Assembly (NCBI GenBank): GCA_051942205.1 | Contig: JAVECO010000122.1 | Location: forward strand, 1 to 64,000 | DNA from: Coniocarpon cinnabarinum | Taxonomy: Eukaryota | DNA: 64,000 nt | Direction: 5' to 3' | Part shown: positions 11,348 to 24,776 of the stretch, in pieces | How the letters are laid out: the number at the start of each line of letters is the position of its first letter | Numbering within the stretch: the first letter of the stretch is position 1 | The notes under the pieces: generated by a model | Databases searched by the model: none | The model's input: only the letters and a program-made list of their open reading frames with translations | What the model was told of the DNA's origin: nothing | Made by a program: the position numbers and the translations under genes

Positions 11348-11655
11348 GGTAAAGCTGCTTGAGTATGAGAAATTCCGTCAATTTTTGGATCACTAATAAA
11401 TTCGACGTCATCGGGAAATCGTACAATTGTGCTCCGATATATCGCCAAGACTTGCATTTTTGTTCGTGCGTCTACATCTTTCATATGTGGGGCGAGACGA
11501 GGTCCGAAAGCGCGAGCGGGCTCAGGCGTAATCGGTGCTCTTTCAGATTTGCATATCAAACTCACATATTTTACTTCACAATAAGCGGCCAGAGCACGGT
11601 AGCAAGTGCCAACAGCGACAGTCGAGGGCAGACACTACATATCTCGGGAGTCAGG

Positions 11656-14600
11656 ATGTCGAAATTCAAACCTCGTGTGCGCAAGCAAAAGGCTCGCTTG
11701 CGCGCGGCGCAGCCGCCATCAGACGAGAACAGTACCGCAATCGAGATCATGCCAGAATCCAAGTCCGAAAAGGATGCAAGACGAGCGCAGATGAAATTCG
11801 AAATCGCCAGTCAGTCCCAAGCCGGAGCGTCAAGCAAGAAGAGAAAGCGCCTGGAGAAATACATCGTATGTGAGTTGTAGCTTTGATTTGGATTCCACTG
11901 GTCGAGTCTAATTTTTATTTCACAGGACACAAAGATCAAAAGACAAGACAACTTGGAGCTGATTAAGAAACTCGGGGCGCAAAGGTTCGACACGAGCTTG
12001 TTGACTTCGTCCAAGAAACTTGGACGCAGTGGGAATTCTACCGCCTGGGAGCGACTCGCGCAAGCTTCTGAGGAACAGCGCTATGGCTTAGCACCTGACG
12101 ACCGCGAAAGCTTGCATAGCGAGGAGCTTGCAGAGTTCCAATCCGAGCCAGATACCATTCCTGTGGAGGATCCAGTCCAGCCAGCATTGAACCCGACGCG
12201 AACGAGTTTCGAGGGAGGAAGCGGGCTGAAACGCCCATTAGAAATCGACGAGGAGGGCAACCCGATCATCACGCATCGCAAGCGGCACAAACTCAGTCAC
12301 ACGAGACGTGTCCCTATAGAGTCTTCTGCTGATGAGTCTGAAGAGAAACCGGAGACTTCCGATTCAAGCGACTCATGGGCGGGATTCAGCGACTCTCGGC
12401 GGGGCAGCGAAGAACCTGAAGACTTGAGCGACGATGAGGCCGAAGTAGAAGAGAGCGAGAGTGAAAGCGAAAGTAACGATGACGAACCACCTGAAGAGCG
12501 ATCTTCAGCCTTCAAAGCTTGGGCTCAGGCTCAGCGTAACGCGGCTGTAGGCTTTGAGCCTTCTCAGAATACCGCCAGCGCAATTCAACCGGTCCTGAAA
12601 GATGGTGCCGGCACTTCGACTCTGTCGGAGCACCCTATCACACTTGCAGTAAAAGCCAAAGAGCCTTACAGATCAGACGACACAACGTTATCAGTCCAAC
12701 CTTTAGACGAGACTGAGCGGAACGTTTACCATGTGCCAGTGCTGCGTTCAGATGATGTGGAAACATCCAGAAAGGAACTTCCAGTCGTTGCGAAAGAGCA
12801 GGAAATCATGGAAACCGTATTTCAGAACGACGTGGTTATACTTACAGGAGCTACGGGAAGTGGCAAGACAACTCAGGTACCTCAATTCTTGTTCGAGGCG
12901 GGATATGGTGATCCGAAGAGCTCTACGCCTGGTATGATTGGCATCACTCAACCTCGGCGTGTTGCTGCAATTAGCATGGCAAACAGGGTGGCATACGAGC
13001 TGGGCGGCTTCACTGACAGAGTATCTCATCAAGTGCGCTTTGACAGCACAGCGAGCTCCCGAACAGCTGTGAAATTTATGACAGACGGCATATTGCTTCG
13101 CGAAATAGAGCAAGACTTTACACTATCCAAATATTCTGCCATACTGATCGATGAAGCACATGAGAGAAGCGTTAACACTGACATACTTGTCGGCATGGTC
13201 GGAAGAATAGTTGATATCAGAAGGCGCATGTTCATCGAGAAGCGAGAGGGGTGGACACCGCTCAAACTCATTATCATGTCAGCGACAATCCAGGTCAATG
13301 AACTTCAAAGAAATAAGACTCTGTTCAGGAACAAGCCGCCGCCAGTCGTCAATGTTGAAGGGCGACAGCATCATGTCAGTACTCACTTTGCAAGGAAAAC
13401 GAAAAGAGATTACGTGCAGGAAATGTATGAAAAAGTTAGCCGAGGACATCGTAAACTTCCACCGGGAGGTATGCTAGTCTTTCTAACAGGCCAAAATGAA
13501 ATTGAGTACCTTGAGAAACGATTGAAGACAGCATTTCCTTCCACTGAAAAGAGTCCTGTGGCGAGACCAAAGATGCACGTCTGCTCAATGCAAACCCAAG
13601 TCGACATAGACGATGTTGAAGTCGAGCGAGGCCCTCCTGAGGAGTCAAAGTCAAATAATGACGATTACGCTGCTGGTCTGAGCGACCTGGACGAAGATGG
13701 AGGGGATGACGAAGAATTTGCCCTGGCTGATGAAGGTGCAGCATCTACTAACAGGATCCACATTCTTCCGCTATTCTCGCAGCTTTCTTCAGATCAACAA
13801 TCACGTGTATTTGAGCCGCCTCCTCGGGATGCACGGTTGATCATCCTCGCCACGAATATCGCCGAGACGTCCATCACGATACCAAACATACGCTATGTCT
13901 TCGACACTGGGCGATCAAAAGTCAAGCAATATGACCCCAAGACCGGCATTCAGACATTCGCCATTGACTGGATCAGCAAAGCTTCAGCACAACAGCGCGC
14001 CGGTCGTGCTGGTCGAACGGGCCCTGGTGGACACTGCTATCGTCTTTACAGTAGCGCTATTTATGAAGATGTTTTTGCCGATTTCGCTGATCCCGAAATT
14101 ACAAAAACGCCGATTGAAGGAGTCGTACTTTATCTGAAAACATTGGGTTTGCCTGATGTGACTAAATTTCCATTTCCCACGCCCCTTGATTCACAACGTT
14201 TACCTGAGGCTGAACGTCTCCTCCAATACCTGGGATGCTTGGAAAATATTACGAACAAGGTCACGGATCTCGGTCAACGAATAAAGTCGTATCCACTCTC
14301 ACCGAGATTATCCCGTATTTTGCTTGTCGCTGAAAAGCAATTGAATATGCAACAGCATGTGCTCAGTCTCGTGGCGATACTAGGGATGCCTGAAGTGTTT
14401 GTTTCAGACGCGCAACTGGGTTTGACTAGGGAACTCGAGCCGTCGCTAAAGGTTGGCGAGGAGGAACCAGTATGGAGCTCAGTCGATGCAGAAGCTGCGA
14501 TCCGTCGGGATAGACTGAAACAGGAACGAGATTCATTTCACCGGCACGTGGCGAGAGCAGATAAATATTGTGATGCGACAAAGTCACTTGTGGCATTGAC

Positions 14601-15420
14601 GGACTACGCAGCAGCGATGCCCAATTCTCGTCTAGGCTCCAGTCCCGCTCTTAGGGAACTACGCAAATTTACGCGGGTGAAGTCCCTCAAGGAGGCATCG
14701 CAATTAAGGTCTCAATTGACTTCGATTATGGCACTTCACGGCTCATCTGACATGTCAGCGTCGCCAAAGGGCTACAGCATCCCTGCTGCTCCTCCGTCGA
14801 GCGCTCAAGCCTTGCTTCTGCGGCAAATAGTAGCAGCTGGATACATTGACAACCTTGCGCAGCGAGCAGATCTGTCCCCAACACCACCATCACGCTCCCG
14901 AAATCCCTCAAACGCGATCAGAGTCCCATACATCACACTCTTTCCATCAAGACCGTTGGGATGGTCGAAATCTGCAATTGAGAGTCTTGATCCAAAGAGT
15001 CGAGACCTGCTTGAATACGTTTATGTTCATCCTAGCAGTGTTCTGGCACACGTCTCGCCACAGAAACTCCCCCAGTACGTGGTATATTCGCATCTGTCTA
15101 CAGCCGAAAATTCTGGATCACTACCAAGCGGTGAGACAACAGTTCCTCGAACCCGGGTGCATCCGCTCAGTCCTGTACCTGTCGAAACTATCAAAGAGCT
15201 AATCCGCGGGACACCGCTAGCTGGTGAAGGCAAGCCTATTGGAAAGATCGAAAGCTTATCGAGAAACGAGCATGGGCATGAACGGCGTGCTGTATGGTGC
15301 GTGCCGTTCATTAAATCTGGTAGTGAGATGGCAGGAGGACGAGAATGGCCGCTCCCTCCGGCTAGGAGGATTATCCAAGTTCGCAGGCCACGCCAGGGAT
15401 GGGTCGAGGAACAGAGATAG
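11656..15420 (+). CDS. DHR1: DEAH-box RNA helicase (U3/SSU processome)
   Basis: MSKFKPRVRK start, intron 11866-11925, GATGSGKTTQ, TQPRRVAA, DEAH, SAT, QRAGRAGRTGPG; N-terminal KRKRLEKYI and SAFKAWA segments typical of Dhr1/Ecm16. Confidence 0.93.
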
Positions 15421-15771
15421 ATAGTGCGGTGATGTTAAAACTACACACGAAGATGTGGCAGCGCAAGCAATATATAAGGACGCTTCAAGCTCCGATCTCG
15501 AGAGCAGCATTGCTTTCCAACACGTTTTGGCCTTGAAGGTCTGCTCGAATCCCTCATGCGTGTTGGACTTATTGACCCAGTTCATTACCTTTGCACGTGC
15601 CTTGCAAACGATTAGAGCTCCTTTTTGCCTCAATTTTGAGGCATATATGCGTGAAAAGCATCCAGCCACGCCAGCATTTGTTACCAGGTGTCGTCTTTGA
15701 CCTTTCTCCATGTTCAACCATCAAACGCTCATCACCACCGCACAGCCATTTGCACCCGCTGGGAGAAGGCG

Positions 15772-16922
15772 ATGGATGCCTTCTATCAGCAACCGCCTGT
15801 CATCCGCACTTTGACAGCCGTCGTGGTGGTGTGGTCATGCATTTTTTACACCAACGCTTTTTTGATGTACCAGTCCATCTTTGACTGGCAGCTGACATTT
15901 TTTTCCATCCCGCCACAAATATGGCGAGCACTTCTCTCGTTCCTAGTGACAGGTCCGAAGTTTGGTATACTGATGGACACGTATTTTCGTACGTTGCGGT
16001 TCATGTCCAAACTATATACCTGTCGTCACTAACAGCTAGGCAAGTTTTTACATACGGAAAGCAGCTTGAGACAGGATCTACGCGGTTCAAAAGTCGCGGT
16101 GACTTCGTCTGGTATTTGATTTGTGTTGCCGTGGTTCTTGAGGTAGGATGAGGCCCCTTCTGCCATGCCCAAACTCCGTCTCTTTAAAAACCTCGCATTT
16201 CTGCCCGCCCAGTTCCTAGTAGCTGTAGCGGTTCCTGGTACCGAGGAAGATGGCCCTCGCATATTGTCCTTGATCCACATATACCTCAGGATTTTGGATG
16301 AGTGCGGGACTGGTGTGCATTGACGTTCAATTCTGCCGCGCAAAGTTTGACGATGACGCTGCGGTGCAAAAGATGCGCTACATTTATTGTTATTGAATGC
16401 TTGAGCATGCAACACAATCAAGACTGACAGAGTACAGTTCGTTGGTGGTTTTTTGATGGGGCTGCCGCTTTTTAATGAAGGTCTGAAACGCACCCTACTC
16501 AGCTTCTTCGTCTGGACTGACGGTTTGCAGGCTTGATCATGGCGTTCGTGCACACTTTTGCACAAGAAAATCCCAATGCACAGGCGCAGATCATTGTCGT
16601 TCCAATCGATGCAAAGTTCCTACCCTTAGCAATGGTTTTCATAAACTTCGTCACTCGCGGACCCAGTTCGGCGCTTGTTGGGATTGCGGGGATCATTGCG
16701 TCCCATATGTTCGACTTTTTGACACGGATATGGCCGACCTTTGGAGGGGGAAGGAACTGGCTAGAGACGCCACCCGCCATCAAGCGGCTTTGCGGCGATG
16801 ACGCTGGCGGCGTCCGTCATAAGGCATATGGCACAGCATACACCCCTGCGTCTAGAGACGTGGGGTCTTCTTCATCCACCTCGTGGGGCTCTCGAGGGTC
16901 TGGCCGGCGCCTTGGTTCCTAG
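15772..16922 (+). CDS. Derlin (Der1/Dfm1-like ERAD rhomboid pseudoprotease)
   Basis: PPVIRT, PPQIWR, LP..M, GI..SH..DFLTRIWP, C-terminal SHP-like WGSRGSGRRLG; introns ~15989-16044, 16143-16437, 16481-16530. Confidence 0.9.
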
Positions 16923-17817
16923 CTGGATTCGTTGGGAATAACATTGGGAAAGAATAGAGTATCAGCGGTTGTGGATCCAGCTTGCTGTTGCACTTGTTTG
17001 AAGCGTTAGTGTCGAAATGTTAAGCGTTTGCTCGACTAAGCAGATGGCCAAAGAGCCTTAACCAAGACATCTTGGCCTGCACAATGCCTATGCACCATCC
17101 GGGCCGCGTTTTGGGGACAACCCGCCAAGAACAGGACAACAAGGCAAAGCGCGGGACACGGATCTGTTTAGGTTGGTGGCCTAGCAGCACTTAGTCCAGC
17201 GAACCTTATGTGACGACTGAACTCCGCTGAGGCTGTGCGTGCGTTCAAGATTAGGCAGTGGCCGAACCATTTGCAAGCCCACATCATAAACTACTTCTGC
17301 CAAAAAAGCTTGGCGGCTGAACATTGAAGCATCTGGTAGGCTGATGCTACTTACACCACTTCTCAGCATGAATCCTACAATTGTGCTGGAATTGCGCGTG
17401 GTCGCTTTGATTTGGGGCAGCGCTTGCGCAGTGCCTGATTGCACAGCCTCTTATGCGCTACTGCAGGTACTCCAACAATCTTGGAGAGCTGTGAACACCC
17501 ATTCGGCCCTCTGCTGCTTCAACATCAAAGTCAAGTGGGAGAAGTCTAACCTGTCCTATCACTTTCCTCTTCGTCCACCGGCTTGGTTCACGTTGGGATG
17601 TCTTCTCACTACCTGTACGGCATGGTCATTGACGCACCGGGTTGCGAAGTTCCACGATATGTCGAGCTGAACCACATAGCAAGGCAAACATTGAGGCTTA
17701 GACCGCATAACGCCACAATTTTATCGTGAGAGATTTCCTAACATCGCGTCAGTGGACAGTATAAAGGACGGTCACCCTACTCATATCATGAGATGAAGCT
17801 TTTGCACCAAAGTCGCA

Positions 17818-19538
17818 ATGTCAAACGAGTTTTCAAAATATCGTGACGCGCTTCGTGACTGCGTGAGGCGCTGGCCAGAGCTGGTGTGGGTGCACCGCTT
17901 TCTGCAGACTTCTTAGCCAGCAAACGTCGATTCTACGTACGCACAAACATTCGATTTCTACAATGGCCGTGTTGCGGCGTCCGATGTTTTCTACGATCCT
18001 GCATCGTTCTCTGCTGCTCTGGTGCGCCAAGCAAAAGGTTCTCCGCTCCGCTTGGTATTAGTGTGCCATGGCGAGAGCTGGGATATTGACCGTGACATCG
18101 TCGATGTCATGTGCAGCAGATACGACTTAGATCCGCGGTTTGTATCGCAACATTTCGACTATCCTGATAATAAATTTGAGAGAAACTGCCCACGAGACAT
18201 CTCAGACGCACATAAAGCCGCGGATCACGACTATTACGAAAACAAGTACGAATGGAAAATGGGTGGTAGTCTTTTGCCACCATGGTCTTTACAATTAGAC
18301 TCGCACTTTCGCTTCGCGTATCGACAGGAATGCCTGTCTCTTAAGATACTCAGAGAAGAATCTGGAGCTACTCGTAAGGCATCATCGTTAAGCGTCATCT
18401 TAGTACTAACACACTTGGCTTAGTCATTTGTTTTCTACGAGCGCGTCGCCAGGAACTTACGTCAAGATCAAGTGTATTCCTCAGCGATCCGAATCGAGAA
18501 CTTACACTCTCGTCGATCTCAAGTACACAGCCACAATCGTCTCTGGATCAGATGCTAATCCACATCATGTTGAATCAGAACTTCCGCAGCAGAGACGATT
18601 GGGGATATGTCGCCTCGAAGGTGATGTGTTGTTATCTTCACCTCTTGTCAAGCTGCTGTTTCTATCACTTCGAAAGAGAAACAGCACCCAGAGCTTTGAA
18701 ACCGCGCGATATTTATCGAATGGACGGTGATTCATTGTTTCAAGAAATGCGCAATGTAACCGAACTTCAGCGTTCAGCAGATTCCTTTTGGCAATTTTGT
18801 GAAAGAAATGTAGACCATTGGTCTTTGCCGGTAGAACTGAGCCAGTCAGTACGTCTTTATTTGAGCACGTTCAAGGACGATCTGAAAGACCTCCTATCAT
18901 TTCAGGAATCGGGATCCAGAGCCAGCGAGAACGATTATCTAGCAGAGTTGATGCGAGCACAATCAAGCAGCACCGATGAAGCGAAAAAGCTCTCTGCAAA
19001 ACTGGGTCGACTAAGCCAACTAGCATACATCTTCCTTCCTTTGCAGCTCACGACTGCTGTCTTAGGCATGAACCTGAAATCTTTTGGCACTGGCGAGATC
19101 GCCGTGAAGACATTCTTCTCGATGCTTGGAATCATCGGTACGGTCTCCTTTATGCCTCTTATCTGGCCCCTGGTCCTGGAGCTAGTCTCGGGACGAATGT
19201 ATGAAATTCGGTTAATCTCGAAACACTCCATGAGAGTAGCAGTTCTGTACGCCTGGTTTTGCTTATTTCACTCGAAGCGCACCAATGATCAGCTCTGGCT
19301 CTCTGGGATTTCCTATGACATTTCTGTCCTGGAAGGTCGATTCCAAAGCCACGGGGATTGGTCTGAAAATGCGATACGTATGCCGTATCACATTTGCCGG
19401 GAAAGGCTCCCTACATTAATAAGAGAGACTCTCCTGGGTCTGATGGCTGGGTACTGGCAGGGAACAGTTGACGAAATTTTCCACATTATCGATCAGCCTC
19501 AATGGGGGAGGACGGATCGGCCCCTTCACACAGCCTAG
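17818..19538 (+). pseudogene. CorA-like transmembrane-domain protein with an early nonsense codon
   Basis: ATG 17818 is in frame with the 18022 ORF but interrupted by TAG at 17914-17916; intron 18374-18423 joins to the 18552 ORF; C-terminal LSQLAYIFLPLQLTTAVLGMNL (GMN motif). Confidence 0.65.
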
Positions 19539-21424
19539 CGTATGATCGTTGGCGTACTTTGTCTAGAGACGAAAAGCTCAGCCCTCTGTCATAGTCATTC
19601 GTCAGCGTGCCTGGGCTCTCTACATACCTACCGCATGATGTCTATCTGGTGATGATCAATTCAAGCTTCATTTCATATTCAGAAGAGGCAGATCCTCTAG
19701 CATGTGTTTAGGCTGCTACCAGTCGACGCCCTGAGGTTCTCTCTCGTGAACTCTTGCGTTCACGAGTATAAAAGAAAGCTGTCTCGATAATACAGTCCTG
19801 GATTTGGGTGCAGCCAAGCAGCACAGTAACGAGAGCGAGTGCGACCACACCACTGATACATTCACAATTTCAACGTCGTATCATTTCCCGCCGCATCCCT
19901 TTTTGTCAACGTTCTCGCAGCGACAGAATAACTCGAGCGAATCATGGAGCAGCCCCACAGAGAAGCATCCACAGCATGATGAGGACGACAACCAAGCACA
20001 GTACATGGTAGTCGTTTCATCACACAAGATGCCCCTGGCGTTTGGCATCAATGTGTCATCGCCCGCCAAACAGACAATGTACGCGTCCTGCTGGACCGCG
20101 ACACACCAAGTGTGCGAACCCTCGCCGTGGGTGCCCAAGTCCCCTGCTCATCCTATCTCATGGTCGGTATTGCTTCAAACAGTCTTATTTTCGGACTGGA
20201 ATCAGGTGGATGAGCCTGTTTGGCACTGATAACGCTGGGACGTCCACTGCTCAATTTGAGAGACATGAGACTTCTCAGACGGCAGTCCTCGCTGTCTATA
20301 TGATAACGTGCGTTGGCAACGGCACCATCGTGAGAAGCGTCAGGTACGTCTTATGTTATCCAACTCACCACATTGAATGACTGGAAGCGCGAGCTGCCAG
20401 GTAGGCAATCTTAGATTCTACGATGAGGAAATTTTGCCAACAACTTCGTTCGTATTCAAGATGCGACTATCCTTTCTCATTCCAAACGGGCACTTCTCGT
20501 AAGTGCGACTATGCTCTTATGCAATCCTGCTTTCCCTCCCATTCTTTTGCTCCGCCTTCTGGCCTTTCAGAACATTGCTTTTACATGTATCCCAAGACGA
20601 GCGGCCGGCGGTGTTTCTGCTCATTCTTGGATGCTCCTCCTTGCCGTTGTCTCGTGGGAGATGCAAGATCGGAGATGTACTTCCATCGGTCTGCGCGCGT
20701 AAATCGACTGTCGTCCTCTTTTCAACTCGAGACTTGAGCGGCACGTCAATTTTAGGTCATCTCCTTGATCTCTCCTTCTTTCAGAGCTTCCGCAACTTGT
20801 CAAGCCATGTGAGCTATATACATTACTCTTCTGCTCACTTGAAACCCCGACGTCACGCTAGTCCGAGTGATAGGATATCGACAGCACATCTATTGCATCC
20901 CTCGTCGCCTTTATTAAGGGTTCTCACGTCTCGCGCTTTCTCCTGCCTCTTTGATTCCCAGTCTCTATGAACAACAATTCCAGCGAGTTTAGCTTGACCT
21001 CCACATCCACGACCTGACAGCTAGCAAACAGGCCCCTGCCACAACCTACGTAACCAGTTTGGCAAGCGCCTCGTAGAGACAGCGTCTCATGAGATGCAAG
21101 GGATTTTCACCAATACATCCCTGGCTTTGTACAGTGGTCCTTTCTTTCGTTCGTACAAGCGCGCTGTCGAGACGGGAGTCGCCATCAAATGGGTGTGCCA
21201 TTGCGACGTCAGCGGCCTTGTAGACCACGTTCAGCTCGGTTGAGGGTTAAAAGACATGCAGGCATGGACTGTGTGCAGTGTTAAAGCTTCTATCAAATCC
21301 GCGCTCGACTAAATCTCTATGCTGTCTGTTACATTGATTACAGAGGAATTCAACACGTACAATGAACGACGCCTTGCGCTCCCCTTTCTCAGAGCACGCT
21401 TGAGCAACTCGACCAAACCGTCCA

Positions 21425-22269
21425 CTATTGAGATACAACTTCTCTCAACTTGAAATGAAATAACTCAACAAGACTCGCACTCATAATCTCAAACGCCTCC
21501 CGTTCCTTCTCACGTCCTTCCATAATGCTAAAAACAGCCCTCTCACTGCCCTCCCTGTCCCCTTTCCCAGACCCCGACCCAGACTCAGAAGAGCCAATTC
21601 TTGGATTTGACACCGTCTCCTCCGCCCATCCTGTGTGCACAACTCCACTGTCCCTCGTATGGGCCAAGACTTCTGCCTCTACTTCGTGTCGATCTACATC
21701 AATGGAGACGTAGACTAGATTGAGTGCTGTGAGATTGATCGCTGAGTTGACGCCGAAACTGTCTGCAAGACACCCAGGGTGGTAGGGTACGTGCAACACA
21801 AGCACGCGTTGAGACGTATCTGCGATAGCAAGACTTCTTGCCATTTGAGTTGCGTAATCACTACCGTAGGTAGGACAGTCAGTCTTGTATACATTCGAGG
21901 ATGTGGCGGGGGGGGGCATGCATCGGGTCGGGTCGGGTTGGGGACAGAGAGGGGCCATAGGAGTGGGAGTGGGAGGGCAAAGAGAAGGGGAAGAGAGAGA
22001 GGCCATGGGAGAGGGAGAGGGAGTGGGAGAGGAAAGAGATAGGGCAAAGGGGAAGGACAATCACTCTACTTCGACTCCTGGAATCTATGATGGTCCTCTG
22101 TGGATGGCCAGTCTACAAGCATAATCGCTTGTCGTGGGTCATTGATAGAGGTGCCAATGAGCATGCGCTGTGCGCCATGAGACGACGCAGTTGGAGCCAT
22201 ATGACGCTGAAAGACATGGAAGAACTCTGCATCCTTCATGAGCCAGAATAGAACAACCTCCGTAATCAT
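21425..22269 (-). CDS. Dimeric alpha+beta barrel (ABM/Dabb-like) protein
   Basis: MITEVVLF...MLVDWPSTEDHHRFQES|NDYATQM...HTGWAEE after removing intron 22069-21861; the DW-S-E-H-F-S-Y pattern is typical of fungal Dabb proteins. Confidence 0.65.
21905..22058. repeat. Polypurine GA/GGGA low-complexity tract within an intron
   Basis: G run, GGGTC repeats and GAGAGG-type repeats. Confidence 0.8.
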
Positions 22270-22317
22270 TATCAAGAGTTCCTCAATGTCATTTGGCGTG
22301 CATGTCCGACAGGCTTC

Positions 22318-24443
22318 TCAAAGCAAACGTTCACTGCCGCATTCACGCGTCCCAGCCGGCGCTGCTACGCCGCATCCTCCCCGCCTCGGCTCAAATATGA
22401 CCCTGCATTTTCCCGGCTGGGCCGTGAGTTGGTCCCGCATGTCTCTTTCCACTTCACCCACGTCCTGGTCAGGCGCGAAGTGCACGCTGAACTTCTTGAG
22501 GAGCGTGGCCGTGACCAGTCGAATCTGGGTCAATGCCAGGTTCTTGCCGACACATGCTCTGCGACCTGGGTCCCGCGTCAGCATGAGAACCACGGTCAGA
22601 TCTTCTTGCGAGCACTCAGAAGAGCTGAGCCGCCACCGCCGGTCAATGACACTCACCAACGCCGAATGGTGCAAACGCACGCTTGTCCTTCACCAGCTCG
22701 GGCCTTGTCGTCCATCTCTCGGGGATAAACTCCAAAGGGTACTCAAAAGCGGAGGGGACTGGGTCGCGTCAGCTTGAAGCAATTCCGGCCCAGCCGTAGT
22801 GGAACTTGGGTGCAGAGTAGTGGTGCTTACGTCTAAAGATGGTGTATTTGGGGGCGACAAGTTTGGTGCCGCCTGGAATGAACGTCTCGTCGATCCAGAG
22901 ACCCTCTGCGGGAGCCTGGCGATTGCCTCCTGTGAGTGCAGAGGGGTAAAGTCGCATGACTTCGTTCATAAATCCATTGAGGTGAGGCAAGGCTGCTAAG
23001 GCGACGGGATCATTCTCGTCCACTCCAGAAAGCTCGTGATAAATCTTTTCCATGTGATCGGGATATTTTGCTAAAGCAAACCATAGGAGAATCAAGCTCG
23101 TGCCATTGGTTTCGCTGGTGGGTAGCAGTCAGGTCCTTGCTCGAATGTACTTATTGGGAACGGGGGTGGATCTGTCAGTGTGCCAGGCATGTAACACTCA
23201 CCTGCCCCCTACTATTACTGATATGGCATTGCCGCTCAACAAAGCCTTTCGCTCCTCCAAAGACTTCTTGGATGCGTCCTCCTGGAACTCTTTGATGAAC
23301 CAGGACGCCATGTCTGGATCCTCGGCGTCCACCTAACGACCGGTTTAGCAAGCGAGTCGTCGTCCGATGGAAGGCGTGAGGTACTCGCCTGCATTCGCTG
23401 AAGTATGCATCGATCACAAAATTCCATCATCGCATTCCACTGCTTGATCTTGTGAGAGAACGGCGCGCATGCAAAGGCAAGTCGGACTGCCCAGATGGCT
23501 GAGCCGAATGGACCCAACAGCTGAAGTGCTGAGCGTTGCTGTAAAACGACTTCGTGCCAAGTGCTTGACTGCATCATGCCAAAGCTTCTGTTGAATGCAA
23601 ACTCCCCCATTGAATCGAAAGAAAACCACGGCATGGTATCATTCAAGAGGACTCCATTCTTCCCAGAAGAAGAAATTGCGCCTTCGAGCATGGAAATTTG
23701 CTTGAGGATCCGAGACAAGTAGGTGCTTATGGCTGCAATGAGTTTAGACACTTCTCCCTCAAAGCACGAGCACGACAGGATTGTATACCTCTGTTGGAGA
23801 GTGCTTGATTCCAGACTCGCCGCCTTGCCATATGCACGGCTCCATTCCTGCAAAAGATGGGCGATGCTCGAGGGTGCAGTATGTCGTACCAGTCTGTTCT
23901 CTCATTGTGGTTGCCCGCGCCGTCAAGCACCTCGATTGCTGCAGGGTGAAAAATCGTGATCTCCTCAGGACCTGCGATAGCGATCAAAATCTCGCTCATG
24001 ACTTCGTTGATCACTGTTGCAGTTTGCTTACCAGTGCGCACAAAGGCTCCATGTTTATCATATAGATCATCAAGTACGAGATAGTTGCGTGAGTCGCGAC
24101 ACTGATACACATGCCAAAGTTTTGAGATCGCTGCATACCTGGGCCCTGGAAAGCTGCGCAGCCGATGAAAGAACAGACGATAGACTGCAATACTTGTTCC
24201 GAGGGACAAAAGGTATGTGCTGTAAGTCAGCAGAGCCCACAGACCATCCTCCATCACCGTTCCTCCTCCCCACGCCCGAAGCACTATAAAAATAGCAGGG
24301 CCCAGGCAGGCGTGAACGATGAAGATAGTTGGTGCTTGTAGATGCCATTCGCCTCTTATAAACAGGAGCAAATGTATGGTCAACCCTGCAACGGCTGATG
24401 ACAGTAGAGAGAGCTCCATGTTCAAAAGACCAGTAGTGTTCAT
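22318..24443 (-). CDS. Cytochrome P450 (7 exons)
   Basis: N-terminal TM with RGEWH, FPGP, FVRTGP, I-helix IVGGSET, EVMR, PERW, heme FAPFGVGRRACVG; six introns restore one frame, one with a GC donor at 23388. Confidence 0.93.
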
Positions 24444-24776
24444 GCGATTTTCGTGTATTTGAGATGGACAAGGGCTCCGCAGAAGAAACGTAGCGAGGCC
24501 ACAAAGGTCGAAGCCATGTTCGAGCGATATCAGATGAAAAGTCACATGTTCGAAGGATTACAGCTAATAAAAGCGCCCCATGTCCGAGCCATCCGACCCG
24601 TCGTGGTTGCGGTTGAAGACTCGGCTATTGGCGTTGTTTCGTCCCTTGGGAATATCTCTGTGACTCGAGCATGGTCTCGACTTCCGACGATTCCGCTGGA
24701 TACAAGAAAGCCTCTTCTTCAATTGCCGCGACTTTGCAGAGTCTCCTTTGGACGGAAATCTTGACTGCGCGTGATC

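Noticed and set aside
19804..21400. Several overlapping short ORFs on both strands
   Set aside because: No consistent frame, splice pattern or domain; at most an unrecognisable relic.
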